NCBI GenBank assembly: GCA_027309555.1
Contig: DAIDCO010000006.1
Coordinates: 1 to 53,346, forward strand
Length of the DNA stretch: 53,346 bases
Direction: 5' to 3'
DNA from: a bacterium
GTDB taxonomy: Archaea; Thermoplasmatota; Thermoplasmata; Lutacidiplasmatales; UBA184
Each line of letters opens with the position of its first letter. Position 1 is the stretch's first letter. The notes under the pieces are model-generated. The model was not told the origin of the DNA. It worked only from the letters and a program-made list of their open reading frames with translations, and made no database searches. Positions 26,409-35,457 of the stretch are shown here, piece after piece. The position numbers and the translations under genes were made by a program.

Positions 26409-27788
26409 GTGGGCGGCTACGACCGGGTACTTCGGGGCGGACGGGTGGTCACCTCGACCGCGGTGGTCGAGGCGGACGTGGCGATCGAGGGAGAGCACAT
26501 CGTCGCGGTGGCCAAGACGCTCTCCCCGCACGGTGCCTCGGTCCTTGACATCACGGGGAAGATCCTCCTTCCCGGCGGCATCGACCCGCACACGCACATC
26601 GCCTACGGGCAGCGGCCGTTCTCCCAGAACATCCGCTCGGAGACGGAATCGATGGCCGTCGGCGGCATCACGTCGGGGTTCTCCTTCGTCGGGCGGAAGG
26701 ACCCGTATTCCTCGCACCTGCCGGAGCTCATCCGCACGCTCGCGCAGGAGAGCCTGCTCGACGTCGGCTTTCATCCGATCATCGGGCGCCCCGAGCAGGA
26801 GGCGGAGCTCCCGAGGCTCCTCTCCGACCATGGGGTCGCGACGTTCAAGTTCTACCCGGCGACTCGGGCCGCGGAGATCTATCCCGAGGTCTGGGGGATC
26901 GATGACGGGCTCTTCTATCTCGCCCTCCAGCACATCCGCGCGCTCGGAGCCCCCGCGTCGGCGCTCGTGCATGCCGAAAACTGGGAGATGCATCCCTACC
27001 TGCGGGAGGAGATGATCCGGGCCGGCCGCACCGACCAGGCCGCCTACTGCGAGTCGCGTCCGCGGTTCTGCGAAGAGGACGGGGTCCTTCGGACGATCCA
27101 CTTCGCCGAGCGCCTCGGCTGCCCAACGTACATCGTGCACGTGTCGACGGCGGAGGGGGCCCGAATGATCGGGGAGGCCCAGCAGCGGGGCGTCCCCGTC
27201 ATCGGCGAGACCTGTCCGCAGTACCTGTGCTTCACACAGGACGACCGCTTCGAAGTGATCGCCCGAGTGAACCCTCCCCTCCGAAGCCGGTCGGACAACG
27301 AGGCCCTGTGGCAGGCGCTCGCTCGCGGCGACATCCGCTGCCTGGGCTCCGACCACATCCCGAACCGGACGAAGTCGATGGCGACCGACAATGTTTGGAC
27401 CACGAAAGTGGGCGGCTACCCCGGCTCGGGAGTGATCCTGCCGGTCCTGATGAGCGAAGGAGTTCGAAGGGATCGCATCGACCTCCCGACGGTCGCACGG
27501 GTCTCGAGCGAGAACGCGGCGCGCTGGTTCGGCCTCTACCCGCACAAGGGAGCGATCTTGCCCGGCGCCGACGCCGACCTCGTCGTCTGGGACCCCCGGC
27601 GCGAGGTCACCTACTCGCCCGAGCTCGGTCACCTCTCCTCGGACTTCTCCTGGTTCACCGGCCGCGTGTTCCACGGTTGGCCGTCCCACGTCTTCCGCCG
27701 GGGCGAGCTCGTGGTCGAGGAGAACGAACTGCGGGCGAAGCCCGGGAGCGGTCGGTACCTCAGAAGGCCCCTTCCGCCCGCGACCTGA
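26409..27788 (+). CDS. cyclic amidohydrolase, dihydropyrimidinase/hydantoinase type (A2)
   Basis: The C-terminal 459 aa of composite ORF 25188..27788, with a GTG 26409 start. Metal-site elements: DPHTHIAYG, ATFKFY, LVHAEN, YIVHVST, GSDHIP. Confidence 0.88.
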   Translation: MGGYDRVLRGGRVVTSTAVVEADVAIEGEHIVAVAKTLSPHGASVLDITGKILLPGGIDPHTHIAYGQRPFSQNIRSETESMAVGGITSGFSFVGRKDPYSSHLPELIRTLAQESLLDVGFHPIIGRPEQEAELPRLLSDHGVATFKFYPATRAAEIYPEVWGIDDGLFYLALQHIRALGAPASALVHAENWEMHPYLREEMIRAGRTDQAAYCESRPRFCEEDGVLRTIHFAERLGCPTYIVHVSTAEGARMIGEAQQRGVPVIGETCPQYLCFTQDDRFEVIARVNPPLRSRSDNEALWQALARGDIRCLGSDHIPNRTKSMATDNVWTTKVGGYPGSGVILPVLMSEGVRRDRIDLPTVARVSSENAARWFGLYPHKGAILPGADADLVVWDPRREVTYSPELGHLSSDFSWFTGRVFHGWPSHVFRRGELVVEENELRAKPGSGRYLRRPLPPAT

Positions 27789-29229
27789 CCGATCTGCGTC
27801 GGTCGGGACCCGCGGGCGTGCCGGGCGCGGGCCCCACGACCTCGGAGAGCTCGGCGAGGAGTCCCGCGATCCCGTCGTCCGGCTGTGCGTTCCACCACCG
27901 GTCCCATTCGCGGGCCGCTTCCGCGGCGAGGACGCGCGGAGAAAGCGAGCGGACGAACTTCTCCCGCACCTCCTCCACGGTCATCGGCCGCTCGGGGTCG
28001 CCCCAGCGGTGCCGGACCGTCGCCGTCGCGGGAGGCCGGTCCTTGAAGTGGATCGTGACCTCCGCGGTGGTCGTTCGCGGGTACTGACGGGTCGCCTTTG
28101 GATCCTCTCGGAGGAGTACCCGATGGGCCAGGGCCAGCACGAACGGGTCGGACCTACGCCCGGGGCGAAAGCGCTCGGGTCCGAGCGTTCCGTCCGAGAT
28201 GCCGGCGGCGATCACGTACCGCAGGCTCTGCGTCAGTTCGGCGAGCGGGCTCGAACGGACGGGCATCGAGCCGGTGAGCGAGAGCGCGGCTCGGTACGTT
28301 CGCACCTCGACCGACCGGACGTCCCGGGGGTCGGTCGGCCGGCCGGCGAGGATCTGACGGGCGGCGTCGAGCGGCCCGTGCGCATGCCGACCTCCTGGGT
28401 ACGGCTTCAGGTAGACCTCGTCGATCGCAAAAGGGTCCCGCGGACCGCGCTCGAGCCGTCGGAGGATCGGTCGCGGGGCCAGTTGGTCGAGCAAACCATG
28501 GGGCGGCGCGAAGCTGGTCCCATCTGCCCCGAGACCTTCCCGTGCCCAGAAGGCGGCGCGCAGCCCGAGCTCGGCCGCCATGCCGGCAACGAGCGGCTTC
28601 GCCGAGCTCCGCATCGCCTGCATGAGCGAGATCGGCACGGCGAAGGCGGCGGTCGAAACGGCGCGGCAGGTCGTAGCCAGGTCGCTCTCGAGCAGTCGAG
28701 AGGCGGCCACCGCGGCGCCGAGCGGCCCACAGGTACCGTCCGGGTAGAACCCGCCCTCGGTCTGCCCGGGAAAGAGCGCTGCGCCGAACCGAACGCTCAC
28801 CTCGTAGCCGGCCACGACCGCCGCGAGGACCGCGCCCAGAGAACGCCCGCCCGACTCTCCGACCGCGAGCCCCGCCGGGATCGCTCCCTCGCACGGGTGG
28901 AGCCCCGCGCGACGATGACCGTCCTGGGCCTCGAGTAGGTCGATATGGACCGCATTGTGGAACGCGGCGCCGAACGGAGCCGCCGAACGCCCCCAGCCGA
29001 GGATCGTCGCTCGCCCCTCGGGGAGCGGCCCGTTCGCCCGGCCGACCGATATTGCTTCGGGAAAGTCGGAAGCGGCGACCATGTTGCCGAGCGCATCCAA
29101 GAGACAGAGCCGGCTCTTTCGGAGGGTCCTCGAGGGCAGCCTCGCGAGCGTCAGGACGGACAGGGGACGCAGGAGCCGCTCGAGGATCCGGGCCCGTTGG
29201 TTTCCGGGAACGGGCTTCCGCGGGGCCAC
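27760..29229 (-). CDS. MmgE/PrpD-family protein (paralog 2)
   Basis: ORF 27760..29352 trimmed to GTG 29229, which lies 25 nt after a weak CGTTATGC box. Collinear with the PrpD fold along its whole length. Confidence 0.78.
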   Translation of the reverse strand: MAPRKPVPGNQRARILERLLRPLSVLTLARLPSRTLRKSRLCLLDALGNMVAASDFPEAISVGRANGPLPEGRATILGWGRSAAPFGAAFHNAVHIDLLEAQDGHRRAGLHPCEGAIPAGLAVGESGGRSLGAVLAAVVAGYEVSVRFGAALFPGQTEGGFYPDGTCGPLGAAVAASRLLESDLATTCRAVSTAAFAVPISLMQAMRSSAKPLVAGMAAELGLRAAFWAREGLGADGTSFAPPHGLLDQLAPRPILRRLERGPRDPFAIDEVYLKPYPGGRHAHGPLDAARQILAGRPTDPRDVRSVEVRTYRAALSLTGSMPVRSSPLAELTQSLRYVIAAGISDGTLGPERFRPGRRSDPFVLALAHRVLLREDPKATRQYPRTTTAEVTIHFKDRPPATATVRHRWGDPERPMTVEEVREKFVRSLSPRVLAAEAAREWDRWWNAQPDDGIAGLLAELSEVVGPAPGTPAGPDRRRSVRSRAEGAF

Positions 29230-29410
29230 GGCTCCGCCCGACTCGCGGGTCCCGCATAACGGGTTCGGCTGCGGGGCCTCTGAACCGATTCCGCGTAACA
29301 CCTTTCGGGCGGGGTCCGGCGCCCGGGGTGGGCCGGAATACATAACCCCCACTGAACTCTCTTATACCGGAACTCTTGTGCCGTGTCAAGGCTTCGCTCG
29401 CATCGACCCA

Positions 29411-29433
29411 CCGGTGAGACGCGGGTCTACCGG
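29411..29433 (+). promoter_or_regulatory. stable hairpin in the predicted 5' leader of the substrate-binding-protein gene
   Basis: CCGGTGAGAC-GCGG-GTCTACCGG forms 9 bp with one bulged G. The flanking CCACCGG (29408..29414) and CCGGTGG (29436..29442) can form a mutually exclusive alternative helix. Confidence 0.3.
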
Positions 29434-29467
29434 GTCCGGTGGCGATGGAGGGCCGAGGAGAAAACGA

Positions 29468-30787
29468 ATGGGAACCAGTGAAGGAACCGCTTCGACCGGA
29501 TCGACCACGCCGAACGTCACTCCACCACCGAGGTCCGGGGGCCGCAGGACCATCGCGATCGCCGTCGCCGTGGTGCTCATCCTCGCGGCGCTCGGGGGGG
29601 GCTTGTACTACTACTACTCGACCCAGTCGAGCAGCAGCGGCAATTTCACCGTCGGCGTCGTCGGACCGATGACCGGAGCGCTCGGACCGGCCGGGACACC
29701 GTGGGCTGACGGAGTCACGGTCTGGGCGAATGCGATGAACGCCCAAGGAGGGGTCCACTTCAACGGCAAGACCCTGCACGTGGTCGTGAAGATGTACGAC
29801 GACCAGAGCAACCCGTCGCAGGCGATCCAGCTCGTGACGCAGGCGGTCAGTGGAGATCACGTCGACATGTTGATCACCGGCTTCCTGACGCCGGACACGG
29901 ACGCGATCGCGTCGACCGTTCAGACGCTGCAAGTGCCGATCGTCGCGAACGCGGCGGACGACCCCGAATTCCATGTGGGGAACCCGTACCTGTTCTCGAT
30001 CTACCCGACGACGGCCCAGCAGATGGAGTCGTTCGCGCAGTTCTTCGGCTCGTTGAGCCCGGTACCCACGAACGTCTCTACGCTTTACGCCAACGAGGAG
30101 GCCATGATCGGGCTGCTCGGGACCACCATTCACCTGATGGGTCCGAGTTACAACATCGTCTACAACCAGACGTACGACCCGACCACCCTCACGAGCTCGA
30201 GCGCGGACTCCTACCTGCTCTCGGCGAGCTCCCCGCACCCGAACATGCTGATGGTCTCGGACGAGTATCCGGGGAACGTCATCACCTGGATCCAGCAAAT
30301 GAAGTCGCTCAACGTCCGACCCTCGCTGATCTTCTCCGAGGACATGTGGGACGCCCCGTTCTTCATCAGCCAGCTCGGCGCCGACGCCAACGGCATCATC
30401 GGCCAGGACAACTGGGCCGCGAACATGACGAAGGCGGAGGCGAGCGGGAACTACGCGAACGCGACCTACTGGTATCAGCAGATGAACGCGACGTTCGGAC
30501 AGACGATCGCGATCAACCAGCTGCCGTACCAAGCGATCATGGCCGCGGAGGTACAGTTCGCCGCGATCCAGAAGGCCGGCGCCACTTCCGGCCCGGCGGT
30601 CGCGGCCGCGCTCGCGGGCCTGAACATGTCGACGGTCGATGGGCGCTTCGTGGCGAATCCGTTCGGGCTCGACATCGCCCGCGGTCCGTTCGTCATCCAG
30701 GTCCAGAACGGCCTACCGGAGATCATCGCTCCCGCCCAGTACGCGACGGCAACGCCGGTCTATCCGCTGCCGCCCACGTGGCCCTAG
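29468..30787 (+). CDS. ABC transporter substrate-binding protein, LivJ/type-I periplasmic-binding fold, TM-anchored
   Basis: ORF 28955..30787 trimmed to ATG 29468, with GGAGGAG 8 nt upstream. It has an N-terminal TM anchor (IAIAVAVVLILAALGG) and Ser-rich linker rather than a lipobox, then GVVGPMTGALGPAG typical of Leu/Ile/Val-binding-protein-like SBPs. Many sequons. Confidence 0.85.
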   Translation: MGTSEGTASTGSTTPNVTPPPRSGGRRTIAIAVAVVLILAALGGGLYYYYSTQSSSSGNFTVGVVGPMTGALGPAGTPWADGVTVWANAMNAQGGVHFNGKTLHVVVKMYDDQSNPSQAIQLVTQAVSGDHVDMLITGFLTPDTDAIASTVQTLQVPIVANAADDPEFHVGNPYLFSIYPTTAQQMESFAQFFGSLSPVPTNVSTLYANEEAMIGLLGTTIHLMGPSYNIVYNQTYDPTTLTSSSADSYLLSASSPHPNMLMVSDEYPGNVITWIQQMKSLNVRPSLIFSEDMWDAPFFISQLGADANGIIGQDNWAANMTKAEASGNYANATYWYQQMNATFGQTIAINQLPYQAIMAAEVQFAAIQKAGATSGPAVAAALAGLNMSTVDGRFVANPFGLDIARGPFVIQVQNGLPEIIAPAQYATATPVYPLPPTWP

Positions 30788-30848
30788 TCGACGGAGGCAT
30801 CCCCACGGCGAACCCCCACGAAACTCCGAATCAGGAGGGCTAGGTTTC

Positions 30849-31739
30849 GTGGGGTTCAACCCTTTCCTGGTCGCGCTTTTCGGCGGGCTCGGCGTCGGCA
30901 GCCTCTACGTCGTCTTCGCGCTCGGCATGAACCTCCTCATCGGAGTCATGCGGGTGATCAACTTCACCCACGGCTACCTCATGCTGCTCGGTTCGTACCT
31001 GACCTACTTCCTGTGGGAGTGGTATGGCCTCAACCCGCTCCTGTCGCTCCTCATCGTGATGCCGGCTCTGTTCGCGGTCGGCGTCCTGTTCCATTTCATC
31101 ATGGTCCAGCCGGTGCTGAAGCGTCGTTCCTTCGAGGACACGACGCTGCTGCTCACGTTCGCGGGCCTCCTGATCATGGACAACCTCTTCGTGAAGTTCT
31201 GGACCGACAACCAGCGCCAGGTCCCCACGAGTTACTTCAACACGCCCGTGATCTTCTCGACCCCGTGGGGGGATGCGGTCCTCTCCCAGGTCGTCCTCAT
31301 TGGCGCCGGCCTCGCCGCCGCGGCGGTCATCGCGCTCGGTCTGTTCCTGCGGTACACGTGGACCGGGCGCGCGATGCGCGCGGCGAGCCAGGACCTCCTC
31401 GCGGCGCGGCTCCTCGGCATTCCCGCGACGCGCCTCTACGCGATCAGCTTCGGCATCTCGGGGCTGCTCGCCGGCATTGCGGGCGTCGTGGTCGCGATGG
31501 AGTTCCTATTTTACCCCGAGTTCGGGTTCAACTACCTGCTCAAGGCGTTCGGCGTGATCATGATGGGAGGCCTCGGCAGCCTCGTCGGGACGATCGCCGG
31601 TGGCCTCACGCTCGGGGTCGCGGAATCGATGACCGCGTGGGCGTACAACGGGGAGTATGGCACTTGGGCGAACGGGGCCGCGTACGTGGCGATCCTGGTG
31701 GCCCTCGCGATTCGCGCCCTCCTGGGGAAGTCCCGGTGA
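30849..31739 (+). CDS. ABC transporter permease, LivH-like
   Basis: ORF trimmed to GTG 30849, with AGGAGGG upstream. Motifs GMNLLIGVMRVINFTHG and GGLGSLVGTIAGG. Confidence 0.9.
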   Translation: MGFNPFLVALFGGLGVGSLYVVFALGMNLLIGVMRVINFTHGYLMLLGSYLTYFLWEWYGLNPLLSLLIVMPALFAVGVLFHFIMVQPVLKRRSFEDTTLLLTFAGLLIMDNLFVKFWTDNQRQVPTSYFNTPVIFSTPWGDAVLSQVVLIGAGLAAAAVIALGLFLRYTWTGRAMRAASQDLLAARLLGIPATRLYAISFGISGLLAGIAGVVVAMEFLFYPEFGFNYLLKAFGVIMMGGLGSLVGTIAGGLTLGVAESMTAWAYNGEYGTWANGAAYVAILVALAIRALLGKSR

Positions 31740-32725
31740 GCTCGACCCCGTCCGCCCTCCCGTCCGCGGCGGGGGCCCGCCGAGAGATCGCCCGGCTTCT
31801 CCGGTGGAATCACCGTCGGTCGATCCTTCTCGGAGTCTTCGGCCTGCTTGCGCTCCTCCCGATCGTGTACCCGAGCCCGTACACGATCGCCACCGTCCTG
31901 TTCTACATCCCGTGGTACCTCGCCATGGCCCAGAGTTGGAACATCTCGGGGGGGTACAGCGGCCAACTGAGCTTCGGGCACTGGGGATTGCTCGGAGTGG
32001 GGGCGTACACGAGCGCCATCCTCGCCGTGACCTACGGCTGGAACCTCCTGGCCGCGATGGCGATGGCCGCCGTCGTCACGTTCCTCTTGGGGCTCCTCAT
32101 CGGGTTCATCGGCGCGGCGCTCCGGGGGCCCTACTTCACCATCGCGACCCTGGCGAGCGCCGCGCTCATGCAGCTGATCCTCCTCAACTGGAAATCGCTG
32201 ACCCTCGGCTCGCTCGGCTTTCCGATCTTTTTCATTATCGTTCCGCCGACGGACCTCTACTACGGTGCGCTGGCGCTCGGGGCGGTCGCGACCGCGATGG
32301 TCTACCTCATCTCCCGCAGCCGGATCGGCCTCGCGTTCCAAGCGATCCGCGAGAACGAGGACGTCGCGACCGCCACGGGCATCTACGCGCGGGGCTACAA
32401 GGCGCTCGCCTTCGGCCTCAGCGCGTCGATCATGGGTCCGGTGGGAGGGCTCTACGCCTTCGCGTCGCACTACATCGACCCGACGTCCGCCTTCAATCTG
32501 CTCTACAACCTCCAGATCATCCTGATGGTCGTGGTCGGAGGGCGGGGCAAGGTCCTCGGTCCGCTCGTCGCGGCCGTCCTCTTCGCCTGGGTCTTCGAGG
32601 TCGCGTTGACGAGCTTCAACGTCTACAACTACCTCCTCACCGGCGTCGTCATCTTCGTCGCGGTCCTGCTCATCCCCCGGGGCATCTTCGGGTTCCGAGG
32701 CATGCCGAAGCTCCTTCAGTTCTGA
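31736..32725 (+). CDS. ABC transporter permease, LivM-like
   Basis: GTG 31736 overlaps the LivH-like stop (GTGA). Motifs GGYSGQLSFGH and VVGGRGKVLGPL. Confidence 0.9.
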   Translation: MSSTPSALPSAAGARREIARLLRWNHRRSILLGVFGLLALLPIVYPSPYTIATVLFYIPWYLAMAQSWNISGGYSGQLSFGHWGLLGVGAYTSAILAVTYGWNLLAAMAMAAVVTFLLGLLIGFIGAALRGPYFTIATLASAALMQLILLNWKSLTLGSLGFPIFFIIVPPTDLYYGALALGAVATAMVYLISRSRIGLAFQAIRENEDVATATGIYARGYKALAFGLSASIMGPVGGLYAFASHYIDPTSAFNLLYNLQIILMVVVGGRGKVLGPLVAAVLFAWVFEVALTSFNVYNYLLTGVVIFVAVLLIPRGIFGFRGMPKLLQF

Positions 32726-32774
32726 GCCGACGGGTCCCTGGAAACTCGGCCCGACCGCGCGAGCCCGCCGCGAT

Positions 32775-33539
32775 CTACATCCCGAGGAATGCCCGCCGGA
32801 TTTCGGGATGGTCGAGGAGCTCTCGGGCGGACCCCTGGTCGACGATTCGTCCTTGGGAGAGCACGTAGGCCCGGTCAGCGATCTGGAGGATCTGGCGGAC
32901 GTTCTGCTCCACCGCGAACACGGTCACGCCCCGGTCCGCGAGCGAACGGAGCGTCTGGAAGACCCGCGTGACGACCTGGGGGGCGAGGCCCAGCGACGGC
33001 TCGTCGACCACAAGGAGGCGCGGGCGGGCCATGAGCGCGCGTCCGATCGCAAGCATCTGCGCCTCCCCCCCCGAGAGGGTCTTTGCCGACTGCCGCGCGC
33101 GTTCCCGCAGGATCGGGAACATCGCGCAGACCTCTTCGTACGTCTCCTCGAAACGGACCCGTGCCGGCCGGAGATAGGCGCCGAGGGCGAGGTTGTCCCG
33201 GACGCTCATGTTGGGGAACACGTGCCGCCCCTCGGGGACGAGGGAGATACCGGTCGCGACGATCGACTCGGGAGAACGGCCCGTCAGCTTCCGTTCCCCG
33301 AGGTACGTGATCCCGCTCGAGGTCGGGATCAGCCCCGTGATCGCCCGTAGCAGTGTCGTCTTGCCCGCTCCATTCGGGCCCACGAGCGCCGTGAACCGGT
33401 GTTCGGGAATCTCGAGACTGACCTCGTGGAGGACATCCATACGGTCGTAGCCCGCGCGCAGGGACTCGATTCGCAGCGAGCCCGCACCGGCGGCCGCATC
33501 GCCCGGCGCGGCGGGTTGCGCGGAAGGAGCGGAGGACAT
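32775..33539 (-). CDS. ABC transporter ATP-binding protein, LivF-like
   Basis: The C-terminal 254 aa of composite ORF 32775..34367. Walker A GPNGAGKTT, VPEGRHVFPNMSV, signature LSGGEAQML, Walker B LLVVDEPS. Confidence 0.9.
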   Translation of the reverse strand: MSSAPSAQPAAPGDAAAGAGSLRIESLRAGYDRMDVLHEVSLEIPEHRFTALVGPNGAGKTTLLRAITGLIPTSSGITYLGERKLTGRSPESIVATGISLVPEGRHVFPNMSVRDNLALGAYLRPARVRFEETYEEVCAMFPILRERARQSAKTLSGGEAQMLAIGRALMARPRLLVVDEPSLGLAPQVVTRVFQTLRSLADRGVTVFAVEQNVRQILQIADRAYVLSQGRIVDQGSARELLDHPEIRRAFLGM

Positions 33540-33571
33540 GCGGAGACCGCCGGCGGGAACGCTCCGGTAGA

Positions 33572-34198
33572 TTAAGCGTTCGTCCGCGGGGCGAGGGAGG
33601 CGAGAAGCTCGGAGGAGCTCACGACCGCCCCCACGGTGTCCGCGAGGTTGCGGAGCGCGGCGCGGTGGAGCTCTTCGTCGATCCCGGCGACCGCGTCCCG
33701 CACGATCACGACGTCGAGGTCCCGGGCAAAGGCGTCCCGGGCGGTCGCGTCGACGCAGACGTGCGAAAGGACCCCCGTCAGGACGACGGAACGGACGCCT
33801 GCTCCCTCGAGCCGGTCCGCGAGGTCGGTACCGAAGAAGCCGGAGTACCGGCTCTTGTAGACCACGGGCTCCTCGGCGGTCGGCGTGAGTTCTCGGACGA
33901 TCTCGGTCTCGGCGGAACCGGGCGTGAAGAACGGCGCGGAGCGGGTCGAGTACGCCCGAGGGAGCACGTGGTGGAGGCGCGCCGGATAGTCCGAGCCGTC
34001 CGCCCGATAGCGGTAGGCGGTGTAGAGGCGCGGCCACCCCGCGGCCCGGAACCGCTCGCGCAGGCGCTGGATGGTCGGGACGAGGTCCCCCGCGTCGCGC
34101 AGGCCCCGACCGTGTCGGGCGTACGCGCCGTCCGGGGCAACGAACCCAACCTGCATGTCCACGATCAAGAGCGCGGGGCGTTCCAGGTGGGCGAGCAT
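33572..34198 (-). CDS. isochorismatase-family cysteine hydrolase (Iso1)
   Basis: 208 aa with the catalytic D-K-C elements: LLIVDMQ, VVYKSRYSGFFGT, GVLSHVCVDATARDA. Confidence 0.85.
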   Translation of the reverse strand: MLAHLERPALLIVDMQVGFVAPDGAYARHGRGLRDAGDLVPTIQRLRERFRAAGWPRLYTAYRYRADGSDYPARLHHVLPRAYSTRSAPFFTPGSAETEIVRELTPTAEEPVVYKSRYSGFFGTDLADRLEGAGVRSVVLTGVLSHVCVDATARDAFARDLDVVIVRDAVAGIDEELHRAALRNLADTVGAVVSSSELLASLAPRTNA

Positions 34199-34220
34199 GG
34201 CGCGAGTATCGAGACGAGGG

Positions 34221-34227
34221 ATTTAAG
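34221..34227. promoter_or_regulatory. single shared TATA-like element ATTTAAG between divergent start codons 34198 (-) and 34255 (+)
   Basis: It lies 22 nt from the complement ATG and 27 nt from the + ATG. There is no other AT-rich element in the 56-nt gap. Confidence 0.5.
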
Positions 34228-34254
34228 CATCGAATGGCTGCCGAGGCGGTTTCC

Positions 34255-35457
34255 ATGAGCACGAGGGGCCGGCCGCTCGACGGGCTACGGGTCGTGGAGC
34301 TCGCCCAGGGGATCGCGGGACCGTACTGCGCGATGGTCCTCGCCGACCTCGGCGCGGACGTGATCAAGGTCGAGATTCCCCGGGTCGGCGACCTCGCCCG
34401 GGGCTGGGGACCGCCGTTCGCCTCGCCGCATAACTCGGCCTACTTCCTTTCGGTCAACCGCAACAAGCGCTCGGTCGAGCTCGACCTCAAGTCGCCGTAC
34501 GGTAAGGAGGCCCTGCGACGGCTGGTGACGGAGGCCGACGTGCTCGTCGAGAACTTCCGGCCCGGCACGATGGCCGACCTCGGCTTCGACGTCGCCACGC
34601 TTAGGACGCTGCGGCCGAACCTGCTCATCGCCTCCGTCACGGGATACGGGCCGGGGGGTCCGAGTCGCAACGACCCCTCGTTCGACCTCATCGCCCAGGC
34701 CCGGTCGGGGTTGATGAGCGTCACGGGCACGGTCGCCGGAGACCCGATCCGGGTCGGGATCGCCCTGTTCGACCTCGCGGCCGGCCTCTACGCCGCGATC
34801 GGGGTCCTGGTCCAGTTGCGCGAGCGCGACGCCGGACGCGCCACCGTGCCGGTGGAGGTGAACCTCCTCGATACCTCGGTGTCGATGCTGACGCATTGGC
34901 TGCCGATCCTGAGCCTCGAAGGCAAGGTCCCGCCGCCGAGCGGAACCGCGCACCCGCTGATCGTCCCCTATCAGGTCTTCCCCACCCGAGAGGGATTCGT
35001 GGCCCTCGGCGTGTCGACGGACGTCCTCTGGCACCGGTTCTGCAGCGCGCTCGGGCTCGGCGCGATCGAGAACGACCCGAAATTCTCGACGAACGCCGCC
35101 CGCGTCGCGCATCGGAGCGAGGTGCTCGCCTTCGTCCTTCCCGCCCTCGCCCAATGGACGGCGCCCGAGGCCGCCGCCGAGATGAGCCGGGCGGGGGTCC
35201 CCTGCGCGGTGGTCGCCCGGATCGAAGATCTGCCGCGCGACCCCCAGGTCGTTTTCAACCGGTCGATCGAGACAATGTCGGCGCCCCACGCAAGCTCGGT
35301 GATGGTCGGGGGCTCGCCGCTCCGTTCTCTCCTGCCCGAGGAGGAGTCGCTCGTGCGCCGGCCCGCCCCGGACCTTGGAGAGCACACCGAGGAGGTCCTG
35401 CGCGAGATCGGGCTGTGGCCGCCGGTCCGAACCCCGGCCCGTGAAGGGGGCCGATGA
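34255..35457 (+). CDS. family III CoA-transferase (CaiB/BaiF-like)
   Basis: Opens MSTRGRPLDGLRVVELAQGIAGPYCAMVLADLGADVIKVE. ATG 34255 is preferred over 34234 because it lies 27 nt after the ATTTAAG box. Confidence 0.9.
   Translation: MSTRGRPLDGLRVVELAQGIAGPYCAMVLADLGADVIKVEIPRVGDLARGWGPPFASPHNSAYFLSVNRNKRSVELDLKSPYGKEALRRLVTEADVLVENFRPGTMADLGFDVATLRTLRPNLLIASVTGYGPGGPSRNDPSFDLIAQARSGLMSVTGTVAGDPIRVGIALFDLAAGLYAAIGVLVQLRERDAGRATVPVEVNLLDTSVSMLTHWLPILSLEGKVPPPSGTAHPLIVPYQVFPTREGFVALGVSTDVLWHRFCSALGLGAIENDPKFSTNAARVAHRSEVLAFVLPALAQWTAPEAAAEMSRAGVPCAVVARIEDLPRDPQVVFNRSIETMSAPHASSVMVGGSPLRSLLPEEESLVRRPAPDLGEHTEEVLREIGLWPPVRTPAREGGR

Noticed and set aside
25188-27788. 866-aa ORF suggesting a fused double amidohydrolase
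   Set aside because: Only the last 459 aa (from GTG 26409) look like protein. The first ~400 aa are an out-of-frame read through A1 with R/P/G-rich composition. A1 has its own stop at 26380..26382.
28154-30532. 792-aa complement ORF spanning the PrpD-like 2 / SBP region
   Set aside because: Low-complexity R/P/G/A sequence. It crosses an intergenic promoter region and two well-supported genes on both strands, so it is a shadow ORF.
34234-34254. ORF-track start ATG 34234 for the CoA-transferase
   Set aside because: It lies only 6 nt downstream of the sole TATA-like box. ATG 34255 gives the usual spacing and a typical CaiB-family N-terminus. The difference is 7 codons and is unverified.
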